Shown: one piece after another, positions 1 to 14,204 of the stretch
Layout: each line of letters begins with the position of its first letter
How positions within the stretch are numbered: position 1 is the stretch's first letter
NCBI RefSeq assembly: GCF_009914755.1
Contig: NC_060925.1
Strand: one strand, 5' to 3'
Source: the human T2T-CHM13v2.0 reference genome, Homo sapiens
Length of the DNA: 64,000 nucleotides
Position numbers and translations under genes: made by a program
Notes under the pieces: model-generated
The model's database searches: none
The model's input: only the letters and a program-made list of their open reading frames with translations
Told to the model about the DNA's origin: nothing

Positions 1-1589
1 TCACTCATACTGGATCTCTATTTCTGATTGAACGTTGATACAGAAAAATACCCTTTTAAATATTCTTTAATTTAGCCTTTCTGAAACATGAGTAATGCAT
101 GAACTCATTTAAAAAAAAAAAACCTTGTAATTTCCTAGTGTTTACTTAAATTATTATTATCATGACCTTACCTAAACAGGTACATATATTAATCAAAACA
201 TGTAACTATAAATGAAAATAAACTTTATAAATAAAATTCACATCAGTTACACTAATTTAATGTTCCTGATAATGTCATTGTGCTGAAATGAAGTCATGAA
301 TGAATCCGCAGTACAGGTTCTTTTGCTATCCCAAGCCTGTAGCACTGGGCACTATGTGGTGTCTGAATACTCCAGGTCCTTTTCTATGTTTGAATTACTG
401 CAAAGCCTTCTCTCACACAGCTTTCTGGGATGTCATTTGGCTCACTTGGTGCAAACACATCACGCAGTTATCAACTGAAACTCTAGGCTCCCTAGTAAAT
501 ATTAAAAAGTTAACTTTACCAGAGCCCAGGTCTTCTTGTTCAATCCCCCCCTCTCCTTCACATTGCTCTCTGGAGACCCCACCCTGTCCAGGCGTAGCTG
601 GATTCCTCATCCTGGCAGCTAAGTCTATCTTTCCCAAGAGAACAAGGCATTCAGCCTCCTACGCACAAGAGTTGCTGGCCAAGAGAAAGCCGATTCGTTA
701 TTGGAGATGAGAGAGCAACACACCCAACCCTGCCATATGTTGGAAAATCCAATAAAAGAGTAAATAATATCTTTCCTGATTCTTTGTAATAATCAGAATA
801 ACCAATGGCCACCATCACTGTGTAACTTCCAGTTATCTGGAAATTGCAGCCTGCAAGAGCTAGCCCTGGTAAGCTCCACATTCACACTAAGAAGCCTGCG
901 ATAGGTGTGAAAACCTCAGCACATCTACTGGGTCCCCTTTCCTGCCTGGAAAGCCACAGGGCATCTAAAGGCATGTCAGCCATACAAGGCACTGTGAGGC
1001 TGCTCTGAAGTTGTATTTAACCTCCATGCACCTCTGCAATCATACTGTCCTAGCAGAGACATTTGCAAAGCCTCAGACACACAATACATTTGTGATAATG
1101 GCCATTTCCAAAGGCTGGCTTACTTGTTGCATTTCTATATGTGGAATGTGATTAAAACTTGTGCTTAAATCTCATTCTTTTCTTCCTTTGTTTCCCTTGG
1201 CTCAAATGATCATCAGCGAAGCAGTAAAGCAGTTTATGGGACTCCGCCACCTCCCAAGATAAAATTATAAATCAGAGCTAATTTGTTCAGATGCATTAAT
1301 GGATGATTGACTCATAATGAGTTAGAATGTGGGAAGGGCAGCATCAGACCTTGGTGACACACCAAGCCACCCTGGTTGGTTCTATTCTCACGCCCAAGGG
1401 AGGACACTACAGGACTGGGGCTCCCAAAGCTGCGTTGTTAGATCCTCCAACCAAATAAGAATGATTGTTTCCCTGAAAAATCTGCTGCCATTCTTGGGAT
1501 GTTCAGGCACCTCCTGTAAGGCTCATCCTCACTGTGGAAAGTTATTGAATGTGGTGAAGTCAATTACAAAAAAGAAGGATGATCACAGT

Positions 1590-1787
1590 CAATAACAGCT
1601 GACATGTCCCTCATGTGCCAGGCATCACCCTTGATCTTTAGCCAACTGTCTCCTATTTCGTATTCATTTTTCAAATAAACAGCTGGGGCTTAGGAAGGTG
1701 AGGCACCTTGCCTGCCCTCCTAGGTAGGTAAGTGAGGAAGCTGGCTCACTCTAACCCCAAAGCCCCACTCTTGACCACTAACTGCAC
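1590..1787 (-). mobile_element. MIR SINE relic
   Basis: Antisense MIR-like motifs (ATGTGCCAGGCA, GCTTAGGAAGGTGAGGCACCTTGCC, CTCTTGACCACT); degenerate, boundaries approximate. Confidence 0.6.
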
Positions 1788-2119
1788 CATTCTTCACTGA
1801 GCACAGTGAGTTTGCACAGTTCCACGCTTCTCTGGCATTTTTGAATCCTATGAGAACTTTAAATCCCTTTCACCTGCTCATTTCTAATTAAATGAAAAAC
1901 AAGCCTCCTTGTGTATATATTTTTATATTTCTTTGGAAACATCTTTTTTACATTTACAGCCAAGAGTGGTCTGAGCCCCAGTATGTGCCAAATGAGATAT
2001 GTCTTCTCTTCCCTTTGTACATCATGCTAACATTTGCTTATTTCAGTAAGTGCAATGACTAATCATGTGGCTCTTATGCTTACTCTTTCATACTGGGAGT
2101 TTTAGCCAAAATATTATTT

Positions 2120-2625
2120 AACCTGTAATCCTGAGAGCAGGGACCACATCCTCCCTAATGCCTATCTTGATTCTTGGAACAAAAACCTGTATAAACGAAT
2201 AAAGGAAGGGAGGGAGCAAAAAAGAAGGGAGAGAAATGCTTAGAATTCCACAGTTCCTTGAACGCCAGGTATAAAGATACACAGTAGCTGCCCTGCAAGA
2301 GCTCTAGTCAAATGAGGGAAGCAGACTTGGAAACAAATAATAAGAACACAACCAGAGAAAGACTATCAGGTCAGTGCAGAGTAGTATGAGAGCAAGGATG
2401 AGGGGATCTGGAAGGTTTCTCAGCGGAGTGACATTTGGCATTGAAGAAAGCGTGGCATTAGGCGTTGGAACCAACCCCTGGGAAAAGTTGGAAGGAAGAC
2501 AGGCAGGTGCTTGATGGGCAATACCCATTTCTACAGAGGAGAAAAAGATTCAGAGAGGTCAGCCGACTAGCCAAAGATTGCAGCTTATAAATCTTGGACC
2601 TAGCAGTCTGCTGCTCTCCTCTGGA
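2120..2625. mobile_element. Cluster of degenerate L2 and MIR fragments
   Basis: L2 3'-end-like CCTGAGAGCAGGGACCAC; antisense MIR core CCCATTTCTACAGAGGAGAAAAAGATTCAGAGAGGT. Confidence 0.45.
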
Positions 2626-3624
2626 TGGTCTGACTAGCAAGCTGGTCACTTAATACATGCCCCTCTATTGTTCTTGAGAGTTGCCAGGTTTTGCAGATCA
2701 TCTGATGATTTGGCCTCTAGGTGAACAAAGAGGAGTTTGTTTCCGTGGCGGGTCCTCTTCTCATTCTTTAGACTCTCTTGCCCTCTTGTGGTTATGCAGA
2801 GCTACAGCCACCTGAGCTGTCTTCATACATCAGAGAGAAAACATCTAATAATGAGTGCTGGATTGCAGCCCGATCCCTTCCCAGTTCCAAAACAACACAA
2901 AACAACTCTTGAGCCAAGAATCTTTTAAAAATATTTATCAAAGAATACACTCATGGTTTTAAATGATCATGCATATTTTAAACAGCAAAAGGTCCAAATG
3001 GAGGTAGGAGGAAGTAAGAGGAGGAGGCATGAGTATATCAAATTCTATTTTTATACACAGAGGTAGTGCATGCAGGTTTAGAAAGCCCAACTCAAAATTA
3101 GTAGAATGTCAATAAATGTAAAAACTAAGGCACAGAGTGGTAGGGAAAGGATTGCCTTAGACAAAGCTACCATTTTAAGTTCTGGACCCCAGTTGAATTG
3201 TCCACCTGGCGAGAGTTTTGCAGGGTGGAAACAATGCCTTCAGCCAGTTATGAAATAAGCAAAAGTCTGTTCCCTGAGAGGAGACATCTGCATGAAACCT
3301 ACAGGCATGTGGGAACCAGATCTTAACCTTGGTTTCAATGCAAGTATTTGAGAAATTACTGCAAACAGCAGTAACTACCAGTTTTGTCTTTTATTATTCA
3401 GCTTTCTTGTTAACTTCAGAGAAGTGCAAATGTGAAATGGACATCGCCCCATCCCAGCAGAGGAAAACATAACATACAGCTAACAGAGACAAAGACTTTC
3501 TATTGCCAGGAACAATGGCCAACACTCATCACTCTTGGTAAAGACAGTAGGAAACTGGGATTCAAACACACAGTGAAGAATTTCAGTTAGATGCAAGGAA
3601 GAAATTTCCACAGGGACTGTGAGT

Positions 3625-3815
3625 GATAATGTGGTATGTTGCAAAGAAAACTGAACTTAAAATATAGAACACTGGATTTTAGTTCCTGCTCTGCCACAAA
3701 CCAGCCATGTGACCTTGTGAGAGGCATTTTACTATTCTGGGTCTCAGTCCCCTCAACTGCTAAAAGAGTATCATAATAAATCTCTAATTTTCCATTCAAC
3801 CCTAAATGTTTATAA
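3625..3815 (+). mobile_element. MIR3/MIRc SINE relic
   Basis: TCTGCCACAAACCAGCCATGTGACCTTG...GGGTCTCAGTCCCCTCAACTG core. Confidence 0.65.
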
Positions 3816-4039
3816 GCCAAAGGTTCTATGATGCTTCCCTTTGGAGGCTGTCAAAGAAAGAGAGAATATTTCAAGCTATTTCCATTTGTTTGGACACAGA
3901 TGTGGTTGGAACCAGGAGAATAACTTAAATGGCTTCTTCAGATAGCCTTCTCTTCCAAAGTGTAGGGAATTTGGGGATGCTTGCCAAAATACATTGTTAG
4001 CCTAATTAATTGATTTTAACACCTCAATGTTTTAAACCT

Positions 4040-4345
4040 TAATGATCATCTTCCAGAAAATAGAGCAAAAATTCAAAGCAATGGAAAGGGGAAAAAACAC
4101 ATAAGAAAATCTAAGGTACAACCCAAGGAGTTTAGTATCCATAGATAAATTCAGAGAGAACACAGAAAACAGATGACTAGAATCATCGGCTAAATAATTC
4201 ACCAAAAGAGAAAAAATAAGTCCCAAACTGGAAGGCACAAATTTCTGATGGAAAGTATACATTTTCATCAAGTGCTCACCCAGCACAATAGAAGAAGATG
4301 GAAAGAGACACAAAATAAGGTATATCATTGTGAAATTTAAAAAAA
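4040..4345 (+). mobile_element. Ancient L1M/HAL1 ORF1-like fragment
   Basis: A-rich; ends AGGTATATCATTGTGAAATTT (RYIIVKF, resembling the L1 ORF1 RHIIV[RK]F motif). Confidence 0.55.
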
Positions 4346-5934
4346 AAAAAGGAAATTCCCAGAAAAATATTCTTGGGAGACCACAAGCTGATAGCTCTGA
4401 AGCAGACACAGAGAGCAACCAGTTCAAACTGAAACAGGTCGAAAGAGATCTAAATGAGACTTCTTCAGCAAAGTACATGTAATAGAACACATTAGGTACT
4501 CCAACAGACTGAAAGAAGATTTTGACAATTGATAAAAATGGTTGAGGTCGAATTGGTAATATGTAAATAGAAACTGAAGCAAACCGATAATTAAGACAAG
4601 TTTATGAAGTCTAGAAAAAAACAAAATGTTGTGCAAGAAAGAAAAAGTACTTGCCACCATTACAGCCCAGTCCCTCTGTTTTGCATTTATTTTGTAACCA
4701 TTGCATTGAGGAATTGGAATTTCATATCAGTGGGAAACAAACAAAATTTTTTAATCGCTGTTTTCATTCACACTCTGTCAAATCTTCCTTCCCCACTCAA
4801 TAGTAAATCCTTTAACACCTCGAACAAGTGTCATAACTTTTCAGTTATTAAAATTCAGTTCCATCCTGTTAATAACTCTGGACTCATATTTGATTCAAAA
4901 CTTTTCCTCTCCCTCATTGCAAATCAGACCTATGGCTTGAGGGACTTGGAGAGTGAAGGATGACACTCTTTCATTACCGCACCACCTCTGTGCTCAGGAC
5001 TGGATTCTTTGGTGATGGAAACAAGGAAGTGAGATACGGGAGATTGGTGAAGAGCAAACAGCTCCTTACTTAACTGGAGTCATTGCAGTTCTCTCTCTGG
5101 CCAACCCTGACTGGCCATTAAGGCTGGGCACGTGGGGAGGAATCCAAAGCTGACTCTTTTGTGAGGCTCATGAATATGTTGACTGGAGAGCACTGAAGGG
5201 GCCTTCTGACTACATGTTTTGTTGACATGGCAAATGCTACTCTTGCCTCACCTCTTCTATCCTCCCATATCCTGTCATTCATGCTGCATCTCCCATAGCC
5301 CTTTGCTGATGGGGTCCCCTTATCCTGTGTGTAGCTCTCTCAAGTGGAGTAGCATCAAAAGGGCTCAAGCCCAGCCATCTCTGCAGGTTCCACTCTATCC
5401 ACTAGAGACTCACAGACCCCTGCCAGACTAACTGGTGGCTGTGCTGATTGTGGTACTCTTTCTGCAGCCCTGTAGTCTTCCTCCAATTCTCTTCCCTTTC
5501 TCTGGTACTCAGGGGCAGATCAGCAAGTCTGATGCCTAAGGAATGAGATGCCAGTGACCCTGCCTTGCACAGACACACCCAATCTCTACACAGGATTGTG
5601 GGGAACCCCTTCACTTGATGATGGGGAAGGAGATCAACCCCTGTGCTACCCGAAGGGAGAGTGGCAATCACCTCTTATCATGAATACGGCACTCCTCACA
5701 AGGCTAGTGACTCAAAACATTCCCTGTGTCTCCCATTCATTCTCAAGACTTCTTATGTAAGGGACCATCATTCCCCTTCCCACCCCTTCATCCTGTGTTT
5801 GGAGGGTGGCAGGTGCTAATAGGGAAGTTCTACCTCCTCCTTGTAAGCCCTGGAGGGAGATATCTGGCTCCTATTTGCCTCTTGTTAAAAAATAGGATTA
5901 CTTGAGCATCTTCCTTTCAGGTTGGGATTTTAGT

Positions 5935-6140
5935 TACAATTCTGGGGCAACATGCTTTTACATCTGTTCTAATATCTGTCTCCCTGATTAAACTGTGAGC
6001 TCCCCGAAGATCACATCTTGTGATCTCATGCGAAGGCCATATCTCATTTCTCAACGTATCCCAGCCCCTAGCATAGCACCAGGCATATAACAGATTCTCA
6101 GTAAGTACAGAGTAAATGAAGTGGGAATGAAAGAATAATT
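5935..6140 (+). mobile_element. L2 3' end
   Basis: CTGTCTCCC..TAAACTGTGAGCTCC..GTATCCCAGCCCCTAGCATAG..CAGGCATATA..TCAGTAAG..AATGAA. Confidence 0.7.
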
Positions 6141-6160
6141 CATAGGTGGATGGATGGAAA

Positions 6161-6176
6161 GATAGATAGATAGATG

Positions 6177-6215
<39 letters not shown>

Positions 6216-6220
6216 GATAG
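6161..6220. repeat. Compound (GATA)n STR: (GATA)3 GATG (GATA)9 GAT GATA
   Basis: Read directly; lies next to the L2 tail. Confidence 0.95.
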
Positions 6221-6789
6221 AACCTCTTTCCTACTTCCATTGACACTGACAAATAAGAAACTACTACTGGTCTTGTGTGTTAATATCAGCCTCAGACAGC
6301 AAGGGCACAACATTGACTGTCATTTAGGAACTCCCAAGAATTGATTGTTTCAAGCTCTCTTTCTGTCCTCTTGCACTCCTTTTCATCCTCATCCTCTTGG
6401 GTTTCATTAAAGAAACAATGTTATTTATTCTATATTAAGAAGAAAAAAACACTCTTTTTTATCTGAAATATCTGAATAAGAAAAATTTTAAATATCTCTG
6501 ATATCACAGATATCATTTAGAATTAAGTCTTTTTAAAAAAAATGTCCACTATTCACATTTAAATATGAGAGGATGGTATAAAATGACCCTTCAACAAATA
6601 ACTGCCAGAATTCTATCTTACAAATGTTTCCTATATGGAAGGAGGCAAAACAAAATCCTGGTTTTCCAATTGCTGAGACTTTTCATTTATTTCTTCTTAA
6701 TGATTCACCCTTTCAATAACATACTCCATCATGATTTCTGAGTACCTGAGCCATGAAGGACCAGAAATCAAGAAACGTGGGAGGTACCA

Positions 6790-6916
6790 CTGACTCTTTT
6801 ACCAGTCTCCTGTAAGTGTAGGCAAGTAATTCCATTTGATTTCCTCATCTGTGAAATGAGGAAGTTGAACCTCATGAATCTTAAGATGCCTCTAAAATTC
6901 CTTAATTTTAAGATTC
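6790..6916 (+). mobile_element. MIR3 relic
   Basis: GGCAAGT..TTTCCTCATCTGTGAAATGAGGAAGTTGAAC core. Confidence 0.65.
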
Positions 6917-7001
6917 ATCCAGTAACTGTAGGTACTTAAAACCCATGGAAAATCTCATGACTGTAAGAGCTCTTCTTTAAAGAGAAAATGATTTCTGAAC
7001 C

Positions 7002-7620
7002 ATGTTTAGCAGACCGACTAATGGCCCTCCAAAAATACCCATGCCCTACTCCCTGGATCCTGTGAATATGTTCCATTACATAGCAAAAGAAACTTTGTAG
7101 GTTGCTGACCTTATGCTAGGGAGACTATCCTGAGTCATCTAGGGGGTCCAATCTAATTAATTACATAAGCCCTTAAAAGCAGAGTAATTTCTCCAGTGGG
7201 AATGAGAGAGAGGTTGGCAGAAGGAGAAGTTAGATTCGAGAGGTAAGAGAGACTCAATTAGTCGCGGGAGGGAGCACCACGGGAAGCATGAGGAGGAATG
7301 GAGCAGCCTCTAGGAGAAAAGCCTGATTCCCGGTGGGCAGCCAGCAAGGAAATGGGAACCTCTGTTCTACAACTGCAGGGAACTGAATCAGGTCATCAAC
7401 CTGAAGGAGCTGGGAAGTGGATTCATCCTGAGACTTCAGAAAGGAAAGCAGCCCTGCCAAAATGTTGATTTCAGTCTTGTGAGACTCAGAGCAGAAGGAC
7501 CACTAAGCCGTGATGTGCCCGGACTTCTGACCCATGGAAACGATAAGATAATCAATTTGTGTTGTTTTAAGCATCTACACTTGTAGCAATTTGTTATAAC
7601 AGCAGTAGAAAACCAATACA
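7002..7620 (+). mobile_element. MLT1-family (MaLR) solo LTR, MLT1D/E-like
   Basis: TG...CA ends; AATGGCCCTCCAAAAATACCCATGCCC start; TTGTTTTAAGC..AATTTGTTATAACAGCAGTAGAAAACCAATACA end. Confidence 0.85.
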
Positions 7621-8127
7621 CCAACCATACCTTTAACATCTCCTTCACTCTGAATTCATGTTCTACTTGTTTCTGCAGAAGGAGACAAGAAAAGGATGTT
7701 TTACCATCATCTAGAAGATAGAAACTCAGCAGGCCCTACTTTTTTCTGCTTTTAGTTAACTGTATGTAAACAACCTCCTTGGATTTCTCCCCTTTAAATA
7801 TTTATTGCCCAAAATTGCAATATTAACCATTCTGAAATCAGTCTTTAAGCTAGAAAATTTTAATTAAATTATTTTAAGGAAAAGATCATCATGTTTTGTT
7901 TCTAATTTTTTCAGTCTCTTTGCCTCATTTTTTTCCATTTTGTGCCTTAATCAGAAGAAGGAGGAGGAGAAGGAGAAAGTGCTTTTATCATATTGGCAAC
8001 CTTCATGCTACTCTCATTAAGAAACTTTTAGCGTTTTATTACAACTTCCTTTGGCCAAAGAATTATGCCTCAGTAAACCTACTACATGACATCATTCCTT
8101 CCCCAGAGCAGTGTTTATTCCTTACAG

Positions 8128-8635
8128 GTCAATGACTGTGTACCAGACACTGTTCTATGTGCCGGATTCATGTTTTTCAAACTATGGGTCAAGACCCTTT
8201 GGTGGGTTGTAAAATAAATTTAGTGGGTCATGACCAGAATTTCTGTAAATGTGAAATAGAATAGAACAGAAACTATCAGAGTGTATCATTAGTGAGAGTA
8301 AGCATTGTTTCATGAAATTTTTGTTAAAGTCATATGCATCTCTGTGTGTGTGTGTGTACATCTAGGAACACCAAATATAAATGTAAAAAAAAGGAAAAAG
8401 GATGTCCTACTGTATATTATGGTTTAAAAAGATAAAAATTAGTGCTCTTGATTCATCATTTTATTTAATCCTCATGACTATACATAAGGTAGGTACTGTT
8501 ATCCTTGGTTTGAAGATAGGGAAACTGAGGCTGAAACAGTTTGAACAGCCTGCTCAGGATCCAGCAGGTAACAAATGGTAGACTTGGGACTCAAATCTAG
8601 ATCTGTCCAAGTCCATGCTTCTTCCCATACCTCAC
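8128..8635 (-). mobile_element. MIR split by a hAT element
   Basis: MIR tail-like CTGTGTACCAGACACTGTTCTA (about 8136-8157) resumes at TTTAATCCTCA..GGTAGGTACTGTTATCC..GAAACTGAGGCT. Confidence 0.7.
8168..8445. mobile_element. hAT-Charlie-type non-autonomous DNA transposon
   Basis: Terminal TGTTTTTCAAACTATGGGTC..GACCC..GTGGGT..AAATTTAGTGGGTCATGACCAG. Confidence 0.6.
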
Positions 8636-8713
8636 ATATCCTTCACAGAATTGAAAAACAAAACCAGAAGCCGTATTCAAAGCCATGTTCGTACTTTTTG
8701 ATAAATGGCATGA

Positions 8714-9184
<471 letters not shown>

Positions 9185-9767
9185 TTACCCCAAAGCCTTT
9201 GCTGAAATTAGATATCCAGTAATGACAGCAAAGCCAGTGAATTAGCAACAATATATTTTCCCATCATTTCATTCAGGGCTTATATGGAGTGATTATCTGT
9301 ATGAAATGTTATTTGGGCTTCTCCTTTACTCTTCATCTCACCCTTCCTCAGCTATGTCGATTTTTCTCAAACCACATTGCACCCCCTAAACCCTTCCTCC
9401 AACCCATCCGGAAGGCTGCTCAGCCGCTGGTTTGAAGAGCCATGTCCTTTTTCCAGTGGTTAGCCACCTGGCCATTTTCAAGCTGTGCTTCTACAAACTC
9501 CAACTCAACCACACACACAGCATGGACATGGAGATTCTGCAATCCAAAATATTATCAGCATATTTTGCAAATGGTACAATTCCTTAGAAACAGCATGAAA
9601 TTTTCTGATATTCCTCTCCATGTCCTACATTTCATGTCCCAGTTTGCTTCTGGCAATCTGACTTCATGAGGCCATCAGAGTGCAAATCATCCACATGGAG
9701 CCATCATGCCACTTTAACATTTCTTCCTCATCATTCTTAATATTGGCATTAGAAACATACACAGAAA

Positions 9768-10147
<380 letters not shown>

Positions 10148-12234
10148 CTATCTTTCCTATGTTTTTTGTGGAGAGAAGCGGAGGACATATTACAAAGAAA
10201 CGTCTGAGAATAGTTTACAATTTTCCAAAGTATCTGAAAATGATATAGTTTTTCTATAGAAGTGAAACCAGTTCTTTTCCCTGCACTATGTGGCAGATGG
10301 AACGAGTGGTTGGCTTTTTTAGTGGTTTTGCAGATCTGATCCAAGCAGATAAAAATGATTTTAAGTATCTGATTCCCCTTGCACTCCAACATTTGACTTC
10401 TGCCACTTGGTTAGAATTCAAGAAAAATTAAAATCTTACTGTGCAACCAGGGCTCGGATTACGGTAAGCAGCCAGACCACCTCACCCTGACAGTAATACC
10501 CTGGGAAAACCTGCACAAGAATAAAAGCAGACCTGCTCAAGGCTCAGCAATTGGCACTTGAGTTCTATGCGTGTAAAAGGGGTAGAGGTTTTGTGGCGTT
10601 TAAATTATATTGTGTTAAATAAGGCTCTGATTTCCCCAGTCCTTCTCATGGGGATTTCAGGGGATGAGCAAACCCCTTTTATGTAAACTCAAGAAGTCTT
10701 TATTCACAGCCAGAGACAAACTTAGCCCCACTCCAGAGCCAAAGAGCCTCACTGACTACAAGGTTGGCCAGCCTCAATGCCAGAATTCACCATCTCCCTC
10801 ATCCCTCAAGAGTTTTAGAACTGTAATCAATGAGCTCACCATTAAAAAAAAAAAATCCTAAAATCATTAAAAGTCCTCACAGGCTTTCTTCCTGAGCAAA
10901 GTGAAACCAGTTCTTGTGCAGAATGCCCCCAAAATGCCACATTCAGAGGGTAGGATTCTTTCTGGACCTCAGAGCTTTCCATCAAACTCTCTAAGCGGCC
11001 TGGTGACAACCTAGAGTCACCTTCAAGCAAATGGTTCAATCATTTTGACTGACATGAATGAGACTATTTGATCAAGTGTAAATCAAATCAGTCAAATGGG
11101 ATGTCCAAATTGATCAATAAGTTCAACCAAATCAGAAAAAGCCAGTTGGGAGCAAAAACACATCCTTGGTAAAATCCAGAAGGATAACAAATTTTCCAGG
11201 TATGGGACAAGATAAAAGTTTTTGATACCAAATACTAGTGGAACATTTCTGGTAGCCAGACAGTCCATGACCATGGACCATGAGAACAGCCATTGCTTCT
11301 GGTGCTGCTGCCAGGGAATTCCTCTGACCAGGCATCTTAGGAAGCTGCCATCCCCGAAGTAGTGGCTATGCTGTGACCTCACTCTCAAGCTGCCTAGACC
11401 ACTTCATTTGTTAAACATACCCTAGAACTATCCTTATTTCTGAAAAAGCAGCATAACTGTAGCCAGTGTTGACCTTGCAGAAGAGGCCAACAAATCAGGC
11501 TATAGACATGCTAATCCAGCAATCCAACCAATTAAAGAGCTTCTGCCTCCAAAGGGACATGGAGACACGCTTAGAGGCCTTTGCAGGGACCATGCAACTC
11601 TCTTTGTAGCAACACATTTCAAAAAAGAAAAAAAAAAAACTAAGTGTAGATACATGTAGGGTCATCACACTAACTCTCTGCCTTCCTTCCTGCCTTCCTT
11701 CCACCACATGGAGATGAAAACAAGAAACGTAGCCTGTCTTAAAGCTAGGACTAAAGCTCCAGCTTTAACCATCACCTATCATCTTAACACAACCCAATTC
11801 TTCTAGCAACAAAGTATGACAGCTGCAACTGCCAACAGACAATTTTACCCTTCCATGACCTTGGCAACATTGAAAGAGCACTGCTTTCCCACTGATTTGA
11901 TAGTCACTATTGGAATAATGACTCTAGATAATCACTACAAATAAACTTTCTGTCTATAATAGTAGCCATTCCATTTCTGGTTTTAATGTTATTCACCTTC
12001 TTCCAAATAAACATCTTTTCCCAATGCCTGGAAAGTTCCAACCTTGTTCCAAATTTATATATTACTTTTCCATTATCTCAGGGCAGCAATAATAATAATA
12101 ATAACAGTTATGACATCTTCCTTCTCCTAGAAGAATCCTGGCCACTTCTTGCACTTTTCTGGTTTGGAATTCTCTGATGGGCTTATTTTTTTCTTCCTCC
12201 TCCTCCTCCTTAGTGGAAAATGTTACTTCTAACT

Positions 12235-12591
12235 GCTGGCTTTAATTTAATTTAATTTAATTACAGCATTTTCCACACATGCCCACAGGCTCTTGGTAAT
12301 AGTTGCATTTTTAATAAATCTAATATATAATAATGACTTTGTTTTTAATTTTCCACTGAGAGTTGGATCCTGAGTTGAACACAGAGCTCCAGACAGGGGC
12401 GTCTGGTTCACTCCATGTGATTGGATTTCAGGGAACCAAGGGGCTCCTAATTGGAAAATAGCTGTGCTTTCACCCCCTATCCCCACACACCTGTGTTTAA
12501 TGTCCTCAGCAAGCATCCCATAGGACATGAAATGACCGCTTGTTTCAGTCAAAATGATCAAACCAGTTGAGCAGGCATTCCTCAGGCTGGA
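12235..12591 (-). ncRNA. Candidate terminal exon of a minus-strand non-coding transcript
   Basis: Minus-strand 3' splice site CTTACCTCCATTTTCCTTTCACAG| (AG at 12593-12592); four overlapping ATTAAA at 12241-12261; repeat-free; no transcript evidence available. Confidence 0.3.
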
Positions 12592-12959
12592 CTGTGAAAG
12601 GAAAATGGAGGTAAGCGAGCAATGCCTGGCCAAGACCATTATACAAAGAGACTCTATGGACAGCACTCTGGTGGTGGCCTTTACGGAGTGACCCACTGCT
12701 CTCTGCCTTTATCCACAAGTCACTGGGCCAACTTAGAACTGTAATCAAACATAGTTCAACCAAAGGATGAATTTTATGACTACTGATTTCTCCTTTGCAA
12801 AGACCGTGGTTGATATTCATCGGTAGGCTATTTTATGACTGTCCATGTTCAGTTCATTCAACTATATGGTAAGTTAACAATGTTTGGGTTTCTTTTCCCT
12901 TGTCTTTCTCCCCAGTGCCATGTGCTCAGTAAAGAGCTCAGCGCCAATAGATTCCCAAT

Positions 12960-13172
12960 AACATATAGGGCTACGTTTATTGGGTATTACCCTGTTTCAG
13001 ACACCATTCTGAGCACGTTACCTGCACTGCTTCATACAAGTTTCTTGTGCTGTTGTCTTCATTCTGTGGATTAGAGAATGGAGACTTACAGAGGTTAAAT
13101 ATCTGGCTCAAGTTCACCCTCCTAGTAAGTGGCAGAACCATCCAACTGCAGAGTCTAAGTTCTTAACCACTA
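12960..13172 (-). mobile_element. MIR relic
   Basis: TTTATTGGGTATTAC..CAGAGGTTAAAT..AGTAAGTGGCAGA..TCTTAACCACTA. Confidence 0.7.
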
Positions 13173-13469
13173 GTCTGAGGTCACCAACTAAAGCCTTGTA
13201 CGGCAAAATCTGCACCAAAGCACTCAGAAAGTGCTTTACTTTCTTAATACATTGGGCATCCTCTTGGAGTCAAGTGTAACGTGTGATGGAGTGGGCCTAA
13301 GCTATCTTAGTAACTGAAATCTGCCCATAAGAAAACTTCTCTGTGGATTTCAAGCAGCTACAAGAAATTTGGGCAAGCAAGATAAGTCAGTCTTCAAAAT
13401 GGAGTGAGAGATCCTGCTGTAGTCTATCTCACTTGACCATCGTAGGAGATGGATGCTTCAGAAGGATGG

Positions 13470-14018
13470 TGTAAGAGATGGCTCCACTATGGTGCCCTGG
13501 TGGCCTTGCACGTGTCTGGATGGGACATGCAGGCAAAGGCTTGGACTGCAGCTCATGTATGTCTTCAATGAATGTCTCACAGTCCTCCCTAAACATGAGC
13601 TCAGGAGAGGCTCGTGATGAGCTGCTGTGAGACCCACCCACCTCCCTCTCTCTTCTGGGGGCTGTCACAAGGTTGTTTCTCATTGCCTCAGAGGTTCTGA
13701 TGAGGTATGAAGAATTTGGGGCTGCCTCCCTAAAAGCAGAGATGCAGGATATAAATCCATTGTACTGTAGCTTAGAATTGGCTCCTTAGCAAAGGGGAAT
13801 CCCTTAAGTTGTGTTGCCATTGTCCAGTCCCTTTTGTTTCTGTGTCGTTCCTTTCTGGTGTGTAGGATAAGGACCTCAGGGAGCTGAGTATCTTCAGCTA
13901 CTTTTCCTTTTGCTGTCTATGTAAGTAACTAATGGCCTGAATGTAAAAGTGACTTGTTCTACTTTATAAGTCAAGTCACTCAAGCCTTGGCCTTATATAG
14001 CATCTTGTGTGTGTTTGA
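13470..14018 (+). mobile_element. ERVL-class solo LTR (MER76-like, tentative)
   Basis: TGTAAGAGATGGCT start, internal TATAAA, 3' GCTGTCTATGTAAGTAA..CCTTGGCCTT..TGTGTGTTTGA. Confidence 0.45.
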
Positions 14019-14138
14019 AGAATTGTCCCATCAAGTCGGTCACCTATACAGACAATGCAATGAAAACTAGCCAAAAGGAATATATCAATAAGAGCTCCCT
14101 CATTTCAAGTGACACTGTAAAGTGATACAAAAAAAAAT

Positions 14139-14204
14139 TATATATATGTATAAATAGCACGCACATGCACACATACACACACACACACGTGCATACACAC
14201 ACAC
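14139..14204. repeat. Imperfect (TA)n/(CA)n microsatellite
   Basis: Read directly. Confidence 0.85.

Noticed and set aside
300-710. 136-aa ORF
   Set aside because: No recognisable homology or coding-like composition; length is within the chance range.
4960-5900. Possible old LTR element
   Set aside because: GC-richer and LTR-like in feel, but I could not match termini or a family.
11061-11135. Cluster of ATCAA/CAAAT words, and scattered AP-1/FOX motifs elsewhere, as enhancers
   Set aside because: Short motifs are expected by chance in 64 kb of AT-rich DNA; not supportable without chromatin data.
12247-12696. 149-aa ORF in unique DNA as a protein-coding gene
   Set aside because: Non-ATG start, no recognisable domain, and it ends in a simple repeat.
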